Shown here: positions 1 through 10,464 of the stretch, piece after piece | Position numbering within the stretch: position 1 is the stretch's first letter | Layout of the letters: the number at the start of each line of letters is the position of its first letter | From: Longivirga aurantiaca | Lineage (GTDB): Bacteria; Actinomycetota; Actinomycetes; S36-B12; CAIYMF01 | Length of the DNA stretch: 32,000 nucleotides | Direction: 5' to 3' | NCBI RefSeq assembly: GCF_042660085.1 | Contig: NZ_JBHSTI010000008.1 | Location: 1,509,876 to 1,541,875 of the forward strand | Position numbers and translations under genes: made by a program | The notes under the pieces: generated by a model | Told to the model about the DNA's origin: nothing | Seen by the model: the letters and a program-made list of their open reading frames with translations, nothing else | The model's database searches: none

Positions 1-675
<675 letters not shown>

Positions 676-718
676 CGAGCACGCCGTCGGCACCACGCCC
701 CACACACGAGGAGATCCG

Positions 719-1162
719 ATGACCGACCAGATCGCTCCCACCCGCCGCCAGGTCCTGCTGACCTCCGGCACCGTCGTCGCCGCCGCTGCGGTCACCGCCG
801 CGTGCGGCAGCAGCGACAGCGGGTCCGGATCCGGGTCCGGGTCCGGGTCCGGATCCGGGTCCTCCGCGCCGCCGGCCGGCGCGACCGTCAAGACCGCCGA
901 CGTGCCCGTCGGCGGCGGCGCGATCGTCAAGGACGCCAAGGTGGTGGTGACCCAGCCGCAGGAGGGCACCTTCAAGGCGTTCAGCGCCGTCTGCACCCAC
1001 CAGGGCTGTGTCGTGTCGTCCGTGGCCGACGGATCGATCACCTGCGCCTGCCACGGCAGCGTCTTCTCGGCTGCGGACGGCTCCGTCACCCAGGGCCCCG
1101 CGAAGAGCCCCCTCGCCGAGCTCACCGCTACCGTCTCGGGCGACACGATCACCGTCGCATGA
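719..1162 (+). CDS. Secreted (Tat signal, lipobox-like TAAC) Rieske [2Fe-2S] domain protein with a Gly-Ser linker
   Basis: ATG 719 is preceded by GAGGAG (711-716 region). The N-terminus MTDQIAPTRRQVLLTSGTVVAAAAVTAAC has a twin-arginine motif, an h-region and a Cys. It is followed by (SG)n. Rieske boxes CTHQGC and CACHGS are present. The 192-aa track ORF starting at 584 overlaps the uvrA tail and was trimmed. Confidence 0.85.
   Translation: MTDQIAPTRRQVLLTSGTVVAAAAVTAACGSSDSGSGSGSGSGSGSGSSAPPAGATVKTADVPVGGGAIVKDAKVVVTQPQEGTFKAFSAVCTHQGCVVSSVADGSITCACHGSVFSAADGSVTQGPAKSPLAELTATVSGDTITVA
821..862. repeat. Hexanucleotide tandem repeat (GGGTCC/GGATCC x7) encoding the (GS)n linker of the Rieske protein
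   Basis: Read directly: gggtcc ggatcc gggtcc gggtcc gggtcc ggatcc gggtcc, in frame with the CDS. Confidence 0.9.
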
Positions 1163-1188
1163 CCCCTGTCCTGGAGGGCTGACCCCGC

Positions 1189-3141
1189 GTGGCCGACCCC
1201 GCGACCTACCGGCCGGCGCCGGGCGAGATCCCAGACTCGCCCGGCGTCTACCGGTTCCGCGACCAGCACGGTCGCGTCGTCTACGTCGGCAAGGCCAAGA
1301 GCCTGCGCAGCCGGCTCGGCTCGTACTTCCAGGACCTCTCCGCACTGCACGTGCGCACGCAGGCCATGGTCACCACCGCGGCCTCGGTCGACTGGGTCAC
1401 CGTCGACACCGAGGTCGAGGCCCTGCAGCTCGAGTACTCCTGGATCAAGGAGTACGACCCCCGCTTCAACGTCCGCTACCGCGACGACAAGAGCTACCCC
1501 TACCTCGCCGTCACGCTCGACGAGGAGTACCCGCGCATCACGGTCATGCGCGGGGCCAAGCGCAAGGGCGTGCGCTACTTCGGCCCCTACGCGCACGCCT
1601 GGGCGATCCGGGAATCGGTCGACCTCCTGCTCCGGGTGTTCCCGGCGCGCACCTGCAGCGCGGGCGTCTTCAAGCGGCACGGTCAGATCGGCCGGCCGTG
1701 CCTGCTCGGCTACATCGGGAAGTGCTCGGCGCCCTGCGTCGGCCGGGTGGACGCCGCCGAGCACCGCCGCATCGTCGAGGACTTCTGCTCGTTCCTCTCC
1801 GGCCAGACCACGGCGTACACCAAGCGGGTCGAGCGCGAGATGAAGGCGGCCGCAGCCGAGCTCGACTACGAGCGCGCTGCGCGCCTGCGCGACGACCTCC
1901 GCGCCCTCGAACGTGCGCTGGAGAAGAACGCCGTCGTCCTCGGCGACGGCACCGACGCCGACGTCATCGGCCTCGTCGACGACGAGCTCGAGGCCGCCGT
2001 GCAGGTGTTCCACGTGAGGGGCGGCCGCATCCGCGGTCAGCGCGGCTTCGTCGTCGAGAAGGTCGAGGACGTCACCCCTGCCGACCTCATCGAGCACCTG
2101 CTCCAGCAGCTGTACGGCGACCAGAACCCCGACGCGGTGCCGCGCGAGGTGCTCGTGCCCGAGCTGCCCCCGGACCTCGAGGCCACGACTGCCTGGCTGT
2201 CCGAGCTGCGGGGGAGCCATGTCGACCTGCGGGTGCCCCAGCGCGGAGACAAGAGGGACCTTCTGGAGACGGTCACCCGCAACGCCGGCCAGTCGCTCGC
2301 CCTGCACAAGACCCGCCGCGGCGGCGACCTCACCTCGCGCAGCCTGGCGCTCGAGGAGCTGCAGGAGGCGCTCGGGCTGCCGGAGGCGCCGTTGCGGATC
2401 GAGTGCATCGACGTCAGCCACCTGCAGGGCACCGACGTCGTCGCCTCGCTCGTGGTCTTCGAGGACGGCCTCGCCCGCAAGTCCGAGTACCGCCGGTTCG
2501 CCATCCGGGGTGCCGCGGGCGACGGGATCAGCGACGACACCCGGTCGATCGCCGAGGTCGTCACGCGCCGGTTCAAGCGCCTCGCCGAGGAGCAGGCGAT
2601 GGTCGGCGACGACGGCCTGCCCGGCATCGACCCCACGACCGGACGGCCGCGCAGGTTCGCATACCCGCCCAACCTCCTGGTGGTCGACGGCGGCCAGCCG
2701 CAGGTGGAGTCCGCGCAGGCCGCGCTCTCGGAGATCGGGGTCACCGACGTCGCGGTCGTCGGCCTCGCGAAACGGCTCGAGGAGGTCTGGGTGCCGGGCG
2801 ACCCCGACCCCGTGATCCTCCCGCGAACCAGCGAGGGCCTCTACCTCCTGCAGCGGGTGCGCGACGAGGCGCACCGATTCGCGATCACCTACCAGCGGCA
2901 GAAGCGCGGCAAGCGCATGGTCGAGTCGATCCTCGACGACGTCCCCGGGCTGGGCGAGGCGCGCAAGAAGGCGCTGCTCCGCCAGTTCACCTCGCTCAAG
3001 CGGCTGCGGGCGGCCACGGCCGACGAGCTCGCCACCGTGCCCGGCATCGGCCCGACCCTCGCCGCCGCTGTCGTCGAGGCGCTCGCGGCCGACGCCCCGG
3101 CCCCGGCCTTCAACACTGCGACCGGTGAGATCCTCGACTGA
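1189..3141 (+). CDS. uvrC: Excinuclease ABC subunit C (UvrC)
   Basis: GTG start, 650 aa. GIY-YIG N-terminus [33 protein letters not shown] motif [19 protein letters not shown]-terminal tandem helix-hairpin-helix [13 protein letters not shown]...VPGIGPTLA. Confidence 0.95.
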   Translation: MADPATYRPAPGEIPDSPGVYRFRDQHGRVVYVGKAKSLRSRLGSYFQDLSALHVRTQAMVTTAASVDWVTVDTEVEALQLEYSWIKEYDPRFNVRYRDDKSYPYLAVTLDEEYPRITVMRGAKRKGVRYFGPYAHAWAIRESVDLLLRVFPARTCSAGVFKRHGQIGRPCLLGYIGKCSAPCVGRVDAAEHRRIVEDFCSFLSGQTTAYTKRVEREMKAAAAELDYERAARLRDDLRALERALEKNAVVLGDGTDADVIGLVDDELEAAVQVFHVRGGRIRGQRGFVVEKVEDVTPADLIEHLLQQLYGDQNPDAVPREVLVPELPPDLEATTAWLSELRGSHVDLRVPQRGDKRDLLETVTRNAGQSLALHKTRRGGDLTSRSLALEELQEALGLPEAPLRIECIDVSHLQGTDVVASLVVFEDGLARKSEYRRFAIRGAAGDGISDDTRSIAEVVTRRFKRLAEEQAMVGDDGLPGIDPTTGRPRRFAYPPNLLVVDGGQPQVESAQAALSEIGVTDVAVVGLAKRLEEVWVPGDPDPVILPRTSEGLYLLQRVRDEAHRFAITYQRQKRGKRMVESILDDVPGLGEARKKALLRQFTSLKRLRAATADELATVPGIGPTLAAAVVEALAADAPAPAFNTATGEILD

Positions 3142-3148
3142 GCTCGGC

Positions 3149-3337
3149 TCAGCCCGTCGGCCAGTAGGACGCGCTGCCGAGCCCCTCGCCGGGGTCCGGC
3201 TCCGCACCGTCGTCGGCCCGGCGCAGGTCGTCGTGCGTGGGCTCGCTCGGCGTGGCGGGACGCATGACGAGCCACAGGACCGGGAGACCCACGAACAGGA
3301 CCAGCAGCAGAAGGAGCAGGAGGAGGCCCAGCGTCAT
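3149..3337 (-). CDS. Hypothetical small membrane protein (62 aa), convergent with uvrC
   Basis: Runs from ATG (rev 3337) to TGA (rev 3149): MTLGLLLLLLLLVLFVGLPVLWLVMRPATPSEPTHDDLRRADDGAEPDPGEGLGSASYWPTG. It has one poly-Leu TM helix and an acidic tail. By my count 58 of 62 codons end in G/C, as in the real genes here. It fills most of an otherwise empty 317-nt uvrC-rapZ gap. No SD is visible, but CATGCT lies 6 nt upstream, a leaderless-type arrangement. I recognise no homolog. Confidence 0.45.
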   Translation of the reverse strand: MTLGLLLLLLLLVLFVGLPVLWLVMRPATPSEPTHDDLRRADDGAEPDPGEGLGSASYWPTG

Positions 3338-3458
3338 GTGCTGAGCATGACGGCCGATTCGGCGCCCGTCCCGGCAACATCGGGGCGTTCGACCGCCGTT
3401 CACCTCGAGCACGGCGCTGCTTCGTCGTTCTGCTCGTCGGCTGTGACACGCTACGTCC

Positions 3459-4325
3459 GTGGTGGATCCGGCGTTCGAGCTCGTCCTCGTGACCGGCATG
3501 TCCGGGGCCGGTCGGTCGACGGCCGCCCGGGCCCTCGAGGACCTCGGCTGGTTCGTGATCGACAACCTCCCGCCCGAGCTCCTCCCGGCCGCGGTCGACC
3601 ATGTCTCGGCGTCCCCCGACGTCCAGCGGCTCGCTGTGGTGGTGGACGTGCGGGGCGGGCGCATGTTCGACGACCTGTCCCGTGCCCTCGACGACGTCCT
3701 GGGGTCGGGCATCGACCTGCGCGTGCTGTTCCTCGAGGCCGGCGACAACGAGCTCGTCCGGAGGTTCGAGAGCAGCCGGCGTCCGCACCCGCTGCAGGGC
3801 TCCGCTGGGATCCTCGACAGCCTCGTCCGGGAGCGGGCCACCCTCGGCGACCTGCGCGCCCGTGCCGACCTCGTCATCGACACGAGCTCGCTCAACGTGC
3901 ACGACCTGCGCCGCAAGGTCGACGCGGCGTTCGGCGAGGACGACCGCGTGCAGCTGCGCGCCACAGTGATGTCGTTCGGCTTCAAGTACGGCCTGCCGTT
4001 GGACGCCGACATCGTCAACGACGTGCGGTTCCTGCCCAACCCGTTCTGGGTTCCCGAGCTGCGCGAGCTGTCGGGCCTCGACGCCGAGGTCAGCGACTAC
4101 GTGACCGAGCTTCCCGAGGCGCGCGAGTTCCTCGACCGGATGGCCGGGATGCTCGATCTCGTCTCGGACGGCTACCTGCGCGAGGGCAAGCGCTACGTCA
4201 CCGTCGCCATCGGCTGCACCGGGGGCAAGCACCGCAGCGTGGCCATGGCGGAGAACCTCGCCGCGCGCCTGGTGAAGGTCGGTGTGGAGGTCCTCGTCGT
4301 CCATCGCGACCTGGGCAGGGAGTGA
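3459..4325 (+). CDS. rapZ: RNase adapter / nucleotide-binding protein RapZ (YvcJ family)
   Basis: Walker A GMSGAGRS, IDNLP motif and C-terminal AIGCTGGKHRSVAMAE. 288 aa. GTG start (a GTG at 3462 is also possible). Confidence 0.9.
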   Translation: MVDPAFELVLVTGMSGAGRSTAARALEDLGWFVIDNLPPELLPAAVDHVSASPDVQRLAVVVDVRGGRMFDDLSRALDDVLGSGIDLRVLFLEAGDNELVRRFESSRRPHPLQGSAGILDSLVRERATLGDLRARADLVIDTSSLNVHDLRRKVDAAFGEDDRVQLRATVMSFGFKYGLPLDADIVNDVRFLPNPFWVPELRELSGLDAEVSDYVTELPEAREFLDRMAGMLDLVSDGYLREGKRYVTVAIGCTGGKHRSVAMAENLAARLVKVGVEVLVVHRDLGRE

Positions 4326-5308
4326 GCACGCCCCTCACCGGGCCGACGGGTCGGCGCGGTCCCAACTCGTCCGGTCCGCGCGTGGTGGCGCTCGGCGGAG
4401 GGCACGGCCTCGCCGCCAGCCTCCGGGCGCTGCGACGGGTCACCGACGACGTGACCGCCGTGGTCGCCGTGTCGGACGACGGAGGATCGAGCGGTCGGCT
4501 GCGCGACGAGTTCGACGTCGTGCCGCCGGGCGACCTGCGGATGGCGCTCGCCGCTCTCTGCGGCGACGACACGTGGGGCCGCACCTGGAGCCGCGTGGTG
4601 CAGCACCGCTTCGCCGGCGACGGCCAGCTCGCCGGTCACTCGCTCGGCAACCTCCTGATCACCGCGCTCTGGGAGGAGACCGGCGACATCGTCACCGGTC
4701 TCGACTGGGTCGGGGCGCTGCTCGGGGCCCACGGACGCGTCCTGCCCGTGGCGACCGTGCCGCTCGAGGTGGTCGCCGACGTCGCCGGCCTGCACCCCGA
4801 GGACCCGTCCGTGCTCGAGCGCGTGGTGGGGCAGGTCTCGGTCGCGACCACCCGCGGCGAGGTCGTGCGGCTCCGGCTGGAGCCCAGGGACGCCCCCGCC
4901 TGCCCGGAGGCGGTCGAGGCCATCGGGCTCGCAGACGCCGTGCTGCTGGGCCCTGGGTCGTGGTTCACGAGCGTCCTCGCGCCCCTGCAGGTGCGCGGCA
5001 TCGGGCAGGCGGTGAGCGAGGCGCCCGGCCGGGTGGTCGTCATCCTCAACCTCGAGGCGCAGGCGGGGGAGACCGACGGCTTCAGCCCGCAGCGCCATCT
5101 CGAGGTGCTGTCGCGTCAGATGCCCTCGCTCCGCGTCGACACCGTCCTCGCCGACCCCGAGCACGTGGCCGACGTCGAGGCCCTCGCCACGGCCGCCCGG
5201 GCGCTCGGCGCACGGCTGGCGCTCGCCCCGGTGGCGGCACGTGACGGGTCGGCCCGGCACGATGTCGACCTGCTCGCCTCCGCTCTCGGCGGCGTCCTGC
5301 GGCCCTGA
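4322..5308 (+). CDS. yvcK: YvcK/CuvA family gluconeogenesis-morphology factor (CofD-like, UPF0052)
   Basis: GTG 4322 overlaps the rapZ TGA (GTGA). Motifs VVALGGGHGL, VSDDGGSSGRLR, PGDLRMAL and GHSLGNLLI are present. The upstream part of the 727-aa track ORF is non-coding or in the rapZ frame and was trimmed. Confidence 0.9.
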   Translation: MSTPLTGPTGRRGPNSSGPRVVALGGGHGLAASLRALRRVTDDVTAVVAVSDDGGSSGRLRDEFDVVPPGDLRMALAALCGDDTWGRTWSRVVQHRFAGDGQLAGHSLGNLLITALWEETGDIVTGLDWVGALLGAHGRVLPVATVPLEVVADVAGLHPEDPSVLERVVGQVSVATTRGEVVRLRLEPRDAPACPEAVEAIGLADAVLLGPGSWFTSVLAPLQVRGIGQAVSEAPGRVVVILNLEAQAGETDGFSPQRHLEVLSRQMPSLRVDTVLADPEHVADVEALATAARALGARLALAPVAARDGSARHDVDLLASALGGVLRP

Positions 5309-5374
5309 CGCGGCCGTTTCTCCGACGTTTCCGCATCGGGGGCGACGAGCGAGGTCGTTGACGCGGGTGGCAGG

Positions 5375-6367
5375 ATGCCCGCCATGGCGATGACGGCAGC
5401 GGTGAAGGACGAGCTCGCGCGTCTGAAGGTGACCAAGCCCTGCTGCCGCAAGGCCGAGGTCTCGTCGATCCTGCGGTTCGCGTCGGGCCTGCACATCGTC
5501 GGCGGCAGGATCGTCATCGAGGCAGATCTCGACACCGCCATCGCGGCCCGTCGGCTGCGCAAGGACATCAGCGAGGTCTTCGGCCACACGAGCGAGATGG
5601 CCGTGATCCACCCCGGCGGCCTGCGCAAGGGCAACCGCTACCTCGTGCGCGTGCACGCGGACGGCGAGCAGCTCGCCCGCCAGACCGGGCTCGTCGACGC
5701 CAGCGGCCGACCTGCCCGAGGACTGCCCACCTCGATCGTCAACGGGTCGCTCTGCGACTCCGAGGCGGCCTGGCGCGGCGCCTTCCTGGCGCACGGCTCG
5801 CTCACCGAGCCCGGACGGTCCTCGGCCCTCGAGGTCACGTGCCCCGGCCCGGAGGCGGCGCTCGCCCTGTCCGGAGCCGCCCGGCGTCTCGGCATCTCGG
5901 CGAAGCCGCGCGAGGTGCGCGGGGTCGACCGCGTGGTGATCCGCGACGGCGACGCCATCGCCGCCCTGCTGACCCGGCTCGGTGCGCACGAGTCGGTGCT
6001 GGCCTGGGAGGAGCGGCGCATGCGGCGCGAGGTCCGCGCCACCGCCAACCGCCTCGCCAACTTCGACGACGCCAACCTGCGCCGGTCGGCCCGGGCCGCG
6101 GTCGCCGCCGGCGCCCGGGTGCAGCGCGCGCTGGAGATCCTGGCCGAGGAGGTGCCCGACCACCTGGCCGACGCCGGCAAGCTCCGGATGGAGCACCAGC
6201 AGGCCTCGCTCGAGGAGCTCGGCGCCCTGGCCGACCCGCCGATGACCAAGGACGCCATCGCGGGCCGCATCCGCCGCCTCCTGGCGCTCGCCGACAAGCG
6301 CGCCCAGGAGCTCGGCATCCCGGACACCGAGGCGGGCATCCCTGCCGACCTGGTGGACGCCGACTAG
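5375..6367 (+). CDS. whiA: Sporulation/cell-division transcription factor WhiA
   Basis: N-terminus (MPA)[14 protein letters not shown]...[23 protein letters not shown]-like core and a C-terminal HTH region. 330 aa. ATG 5384 (MAMT...) is an equally good start. Confidence 0.93.
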   Translation: MPAMAMTAAVKDELARLKVTKPCCRKAEVSSILRFASGLHIVGGRIVIEADLDTAIAARRLRKDISEVFGHTSEMAVIHPGGLRKGNRYLVRVHADGEQLARQTGLVDASGRPARGLPTSIVNGSLCDSEAAWRGAFLAHGSLTEPGRSSALEVTCPGPEAALALSGAARRLGISAKPREVRGVDRVVIRDGDAIAALLTRLGAHESVLAWEERRMRREVRATANRLANFDDANLRRSARAAVAAGARVQRALEILAEEVPDHLADAGKLRMEHQQASLEELGALADPPMTKDAIAGRIRRLLALADKRAQELGIPDTEAGIPADLVDAD

Positions 6368-6396
6368 GTCCCCGGGTTAGGTCCGCCTTGCGTGAC

Positions 6397-6443
6397 GGGC
6401 GCCCTACCCGCGGGTAGTGGGAGCGCCCGCAACCGCTTGCGGG
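6397..6443 (+). terminator. Two overlapping GC-rich hairpins downstream of whiA (candidate terminator)
   Basis: GGGCGC(6397-6402)/GCGCCC(6423-6428) encloses CTACCCG|CGGGTAG. It is followed by CCCGCAA(6426-6432)-ccgc-TTGCGGG(6437-6443). There is no U-tract, which is usual for actinobacteria. Confidence 0.4.
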
Positions 6444-6487
6444 ATTCGGATAGGGTCGCTTTAGCCACGTGGGCACGAACCCCGTAG

Positions 6488-7555
<1,068 letters not shown>

Positions 7556-7572
7556 CCAGCGGGACTGACCAC

Positions 7573-8775
7573 ATGAAGACGATCGACGACCTCGACGTCG
7601 CCGGTCGCCGGGTCCTCGTGCGGACGGACTTCAACGTCCCGCTCGAGGACGCCGGCGACGGCACCCGTCGCATCACGGACGACGGCCGTATCCGTGCGGC
7701 CCTCCCGACCATCGAGGCCCTGCGCGGCCGCGGTGCGCGGGTCGTCCTCGTCGCCCACCTCGGTCGCCCGAAGGGGGAGGCCAAGCCCGAGCTGTCGCTC
7801 GCGCCGGTGGCCGCCCGCCTCGGCGAGCTGCTGGGCACCCCGGTGGCGTTCGCCACCGACGTCACCGGCCCGTCGGCGCAGGCTGCCGTGGCCGGTCTCG
7901 GCGACGGCGACGTCGCCCTGCTCGAGAACGTGCGGTACGACGCCCGCGAGACCAGCAAGGACTCCGCCGAGCGCGGCGCCCTCGCGGCCGAGCTGGCATC
8001 GCTCGCCGACGTCTTCGTGAGCGAGGGCTTCGGCGTCGTGCACCGCGAGCAGGCGAGCGTCACCGACGTCGCGCGGCTGCTGCCGCACGCCGCCGGCCAG
8101 CTCGTGCTGTCCGAGGTGCAGGTGTTCCGCAAGGTCCTCGGCGACCCCGACCGGCCGTACGCCGTCGTCCTCGGCGGCTCGAAGGTCAGCGACAAGCTGG
8201 GGGTCATCAACAACCTCCTGCAGTCGGTCGACCGACTGCTCGTCGGCGGCGGCATGTGCTTCACGTTCCTGGCCGCCGAGGGGCACGGCGTCGGATCGTC
8301 GCTGCTCGAGGCCGACCAGATCGAGACCGTGAAGGGCCTCATCGCGACGGCCGAGGAGAAGGGCGTCGAGCTGGTCCTGCCGGTCGACGTCGTCGTGGCC
8401 ACCGCGTTCTCGGCTGACGCCGAGCACAAGGTCGTCGCGGTCGACTCGATCGAGGACGGCTGGATGGGCCTCGACATCGGACCCAACAGCCGGGTGCTCT
8501 TCGCCCGTGCGTTGTCCGACGCCCGCACGGTGGTCTGGAACGGGCCCATGGGCGTGTTCGAGATGGCTCCGTACGCCGAGGGCACCCGCGCGGTGGCCGA
8601 GGCGATCACCCACGTCGACGGGCTCTCTGTCGTCGGAGGTGGCGACTCCGCCGCCGCCGTACGGCTGCTGGGCATCGACGAGTCCGGCTTCTCGCACATC
8701 TCCACGGGTGGAGGTGCGTCCCTGGAGTTCCTCGAGGGCCGCGTCCTGCCCGGCATCGCGGTCCTGGAGGACTGA
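7573..8775 (+). CDS. pgk: Phosphoglycerate kinase
   Basis: ATG 7573 gives [24 protein letters not shown]. The sequence also contains GGGDSAAA and [13 protein letters not shown]. 400 aa. Confidence 0.95.
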   Translation: MKTIDDLDVAGRRVLVRTDFNVPLEDAGDGTRRITDDGRIRAALPTIEALRGRGARVVLVAHLGRPKGEAKPELSLAPVAARLGELLGTPVAFATDVTGPSAQAAVAGLGDGDVALLENVRYDARETSKDSAERGALAAELASLADVFVSEGFGVVHREQASVTDVARLLPHAAGQLVLSEVQVFRKVLGDPDRPYAVVLGGSKVSDKLGVINNLLQSVDRLLVGGGMCFTFLAAEGHGVGSSLLEADQIETVKGLIATAEEKGVELVLPVDVVVATAFSADAEHKVVAVDSIEDGWMGLDIGPNSRVLFARALSDARTVVWNGPMGVFEMAPYAEGTRAVAEAITHVDGLSVVGGGDSAAAVRLLGIDESGFSHISTGGGASLEFLEGRVLPGIAVLED

Positions 8776-8778
8776 ACT

Positions 8779-9573
8779 GTGGCTTCGAGCCGACTCCCGC
8801 TCATGGCGGGCAACTGGAAGATGAACCTCAACCACCTCGAGGCGATCGCGACGGTGCAGAAGCTCGGCTTCTCGCTGACCGACGAGGACCTCGCGGCGTG
8901 CGAGGTGGCCGTGCTGCCGCCGTTCACCGACATCCGCTCGGTGCAGACGCTGGTCGACGGCGACAAGCTCGACATCAGGTACGGCGCGCAGGACCTCAGC
9001 ACGGCGGACAAGGGTGCGTACACCGGCGAGATCAGCGGCGCGATGCTGGCCAAGCTCGGCTGCACCTACGTCGTGGTCGGCCACAGCGAGCGTCGCGAGA
9101 TGCACGCGGAGACCGACGCCGTCGTGTCGGCCAAGGCCCAGGCGGCGTACCGCCACGGCCTCGTGCCGATCGTCTGCGTCGGCGAGGGCCTCGAGGTGCG
9201 GCAGGCCGGTAACCAGGTCGAGCACACCCTCGCGCAGATCGACGGCTCGCTCGCGGGCATCACGGCCGCCCAGGCCGAGACCGTCGTCATCGCCTACGAG
9301 CCCGTCTGGGCCATCGGCACCGGCGAGGTCGCCACCCCGGCCGACGCGCAGGAGGTCTGCGGAGCCATCCGTGGCCGCCTCGCGGAGCTGTACTCGCCCG
9401 AGCTCGCGGACAAGGTGCGCGTGCTCTACGGCGGCTCGGTCAAGGCCAGCAACGTGGCGGCGATCATGTCCGAGCCCGACGTCGACGGCGCCCTCATCGG
9501 GGGTGCCAGCCTCGACCCCGACGAGTTCGTGGCGATTGCCCGCTTCCGCCTGCACCCGGCCGACGCGTCCTGA
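8779..9573 (+). CDS. tpiA: Triose-phosphate isomerase
   Basis: Motifs [25 protein letters not shown] and YGGSV are present. GTG start lies 3 nt after the pgk stop. 264 aa. Confidence 0.93.
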   Translation: MASSRLPLMAGNWKMNLNHLEAIATVQKLGFSLTDEDLAACEVAVLPPFTDIRSVQTLVDGDKLDIRYGAQDLSTADKGAYTGEISGAMLAKLGCTYVVVGHSERREMHAETDAVVSAKAQAAYRHGLVPIVCVGEGLEVRQAGNQVEHTLAQIDGSLAGITAAQAETVVIAYEPVWAIGTGEVATPADAQEVCGAIRGRLAELYSPELADKVRVLYGGSVKASNVAAIMSEPDVDGALIGGASLDPDEFVAIARFRLHPADAS

Positions 9574-9579
9574 TCGAAC

Positions 9580-9628
9580 CGGACCCCGGGAAGACCGAGC
9601 GAGCCTCGTTCCGGTTTCCCGGGGTCCG
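9580..9628 (+). terminator. 13-bp perfect stem hairpin just after tpiA (candidate gap-operon terminator)
   Basis: CGGACCCCGGGAA (9580-9592) pairs with TTCCCGGGGTCCG (9616-9628). The 23-nt loop contains an internal CGAG/CTCG stem. Confidence 0.5.
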
Positions 9629-9689
9629 TCACGTATCCTGATGCGACCGCGCCGCCCGGCACGGTCCCGAGGGGAGCACCCGCAGCGCC

Positions 9690-9929
9690 ATGGTCCTGTT
9701 CTTCCAGATCCTCATCATGATCAACAGCGTCCTGCTGATCGCCCTCGTGCTGCTGCACAAGGGCAAGGGCGGCGGCCTCTCCGACATGTTCGGCGGCGGC
9801 ATCTCGTCCTCCCTCGGCGGCTCGAGCGCCGCGGAGCGCAACCTCGACCGCATCACGATCGGCCTCGGCGTCCTCTGGGCCGCGCTCGTGGTCGGCCTGG
9901 GCCTGCTGCTCAAGGGCACCATCGTCTGA
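9690..9929 (+). CDS. secG: Preprotein translocase subunit SecG
   Basis: 79 aa with two TM segments and the motif LLHKGKGGGLSDMFGGG. A small hairpin CGGGCC-gcga-GGCCCG follows at 9932-9947. Confidence 0.9.
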   Translation: MVLFFQILIMINSVLLIALVLLHKGKGGGLSDMFGGGISSSLGGSSAAERNLDRITIGLGVLWAALVVGLGLLLKGTIV

Positions 9930-9987
9930 TCCGGGCCGCGAGGCCCGCCATCCGTACGTCCGCACGACCGAACGAGAGGCTCGATCA

Positions 9988-10320
9988 GTGGCCAGTGGCA
10001 GCGCGATCCGCGGAAGCCGTGTCGGCGCCGGACCCATGGGCGAGGCCGAGCGCGGCGACGCCGCGCCGCGTCAGCGCATCACCTTCTGGTGCGCCAACGG
10101 GCACGAGACCAAGCCGAGCTTCGCCTCCGACGCCGCCGTCCCCGAGACCTGGGACTGCCCGCGCTGCGGCCTCCCGGCCGGCCCGGACAAGGACAACCCG
10201 CCGGCCGCACCGAAGATCGAGCCCTACAAGACGCACCTCGCGTACGTGAAGGAGCGCCGCTCGGACGCCGACGGCGAGGCGATCCTCAACGAGGCCCTCG
10301 CCAAGCTCCGCGACGCCTGA
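9988..10320 (+). CDS. rbpA: RNA polymerase-binding protein RbpA
   Basis: GTG start with GAGAGG 8 nt upstream. It shows IRGSRVG...APRQ, the C-x3-H...C-x2-C zinc pattern (WCANGH...CPRCG), and the C-terminal sigma-interaction helix YKTHLAYVKERRS. Confidence 0.88.
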   Translation: MASGSAIRGSRVGAGPMGEAERGDAAPRQRITFWCANGHETKPSFASDAAVPETWDCPRCGLPAGPDKDNPPAAPKIEPYKTHLAYVKERRSDADGEAILNEALAKLRDA

Positions 10321-10336
10321 GCACCACAGCCAGCAC

Positions 10337-10368
10337 GAAGGCCCGGATCCACAAGGATCCGGGCCTTC
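10337..10368 (+). terminator. Perfect 14-bp stem / 4-nt loop hairpin after rbpA
   Basis: GAAGGCCCGGATCC-acaa-GGATCCGGGCCTTC, beginning 17 nt after the rbpA stop. Confidence 0.65.
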
Positions 10369-10385
10369 GTCGTGCGGGGAGGGCT

Positions 10386-10447
10386 CGAGTTACTGCCCAC
10401 ATGGACGCTGAGAAGTGTCGCTCAACGACGATTTGGGCAGTAACTCG
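10386..10447. repeat. 14-bp perfect inverted repeat with a 34-nt spacer in a low-GC patch (rbpA/pgl convergent gap)
   Basis: CGAGTTACTGCCCA (10386-10399) and TGGGCAGTAACTCG (10434-10447). The spacer can form GACGC/GUGUC or GUCG/CGAC sub-stems. Confidence 0.6.
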
Positions 10448-10464
10448 CGGAATGCGCGAGGGGG

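Noticed and set aside
1008-3128. 706-aa plus-strand ORF overlapping uvrC in another frame (also 2037-2744 minus and 2219-2815 plus).
   Set aside because: The translation is Arg/Pro/Ala-rich low complexity with no recognisable motifs. uvrC in the other frame has clear domain signatures. This is the typical stop-codon-poor artefact of a high-GC genome.
3445-3449. GACAC (the WhiA-binding core motif as I recall it from Streptomyces) 10 nt upstream of the rapZ start, as a possible autoregulatory site of the rapZ-yvcK-whiA operon.
   Set aside because: GACAC occurs many times throughout the window (for example inside GAC-ACC codon pairs at ~1142, ~1404, ~3890 and ~5140), so a single 5-mer carries no information here.
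3125-5308. Very long track ORFs read as single giant proteins: 727 aa at 3125-5308, 945 aa at 12347-15184, 1035 aa at 15087-18194, 686 aa at 21683-23743, 569 aa at 10465-12174.
   Set aside because: Only the C-terminal portions are homologous to known families (YvcK, Zwf, Tkt, ABC-2 permease, Pgl). The N-terminal extensions overlap neighbouring real genes in other frames. The starts were trimmed to internal ATG/GTG codons supported by overlaps, SD sites and expected protein lengths.
4193-6196. 667-aa minus-strand ORF antisense to yvcK and whiA (and related ORFs 5638-6339 and 5835-6476).
   Set aside because: It is antisense to two well-supported genes, its composition is R/G/A/P-rich, and it has no motifs. 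High-GC artefact.
9634-9639. TATCCT hexamer upstream of secG as its -10 promoter element.
   Set aside because: It fits TANNNT, but there is no convincing -35 and there are several equally weak alternatives. It was not strong enough to list as a feature.
10370-10460. Local low-GC patches (10370-10460, 23490-23520, 30120-30142, 31780-31800) considered as horizontal-transfer or insertion scars.
   Set aside because: Each is under 100 nt, intergenic, and coincides with promoter or terminator positions. There are no flanking direct repeats or mobility genes. Ordinary regulatory AT enrichment is the simpler explanation.
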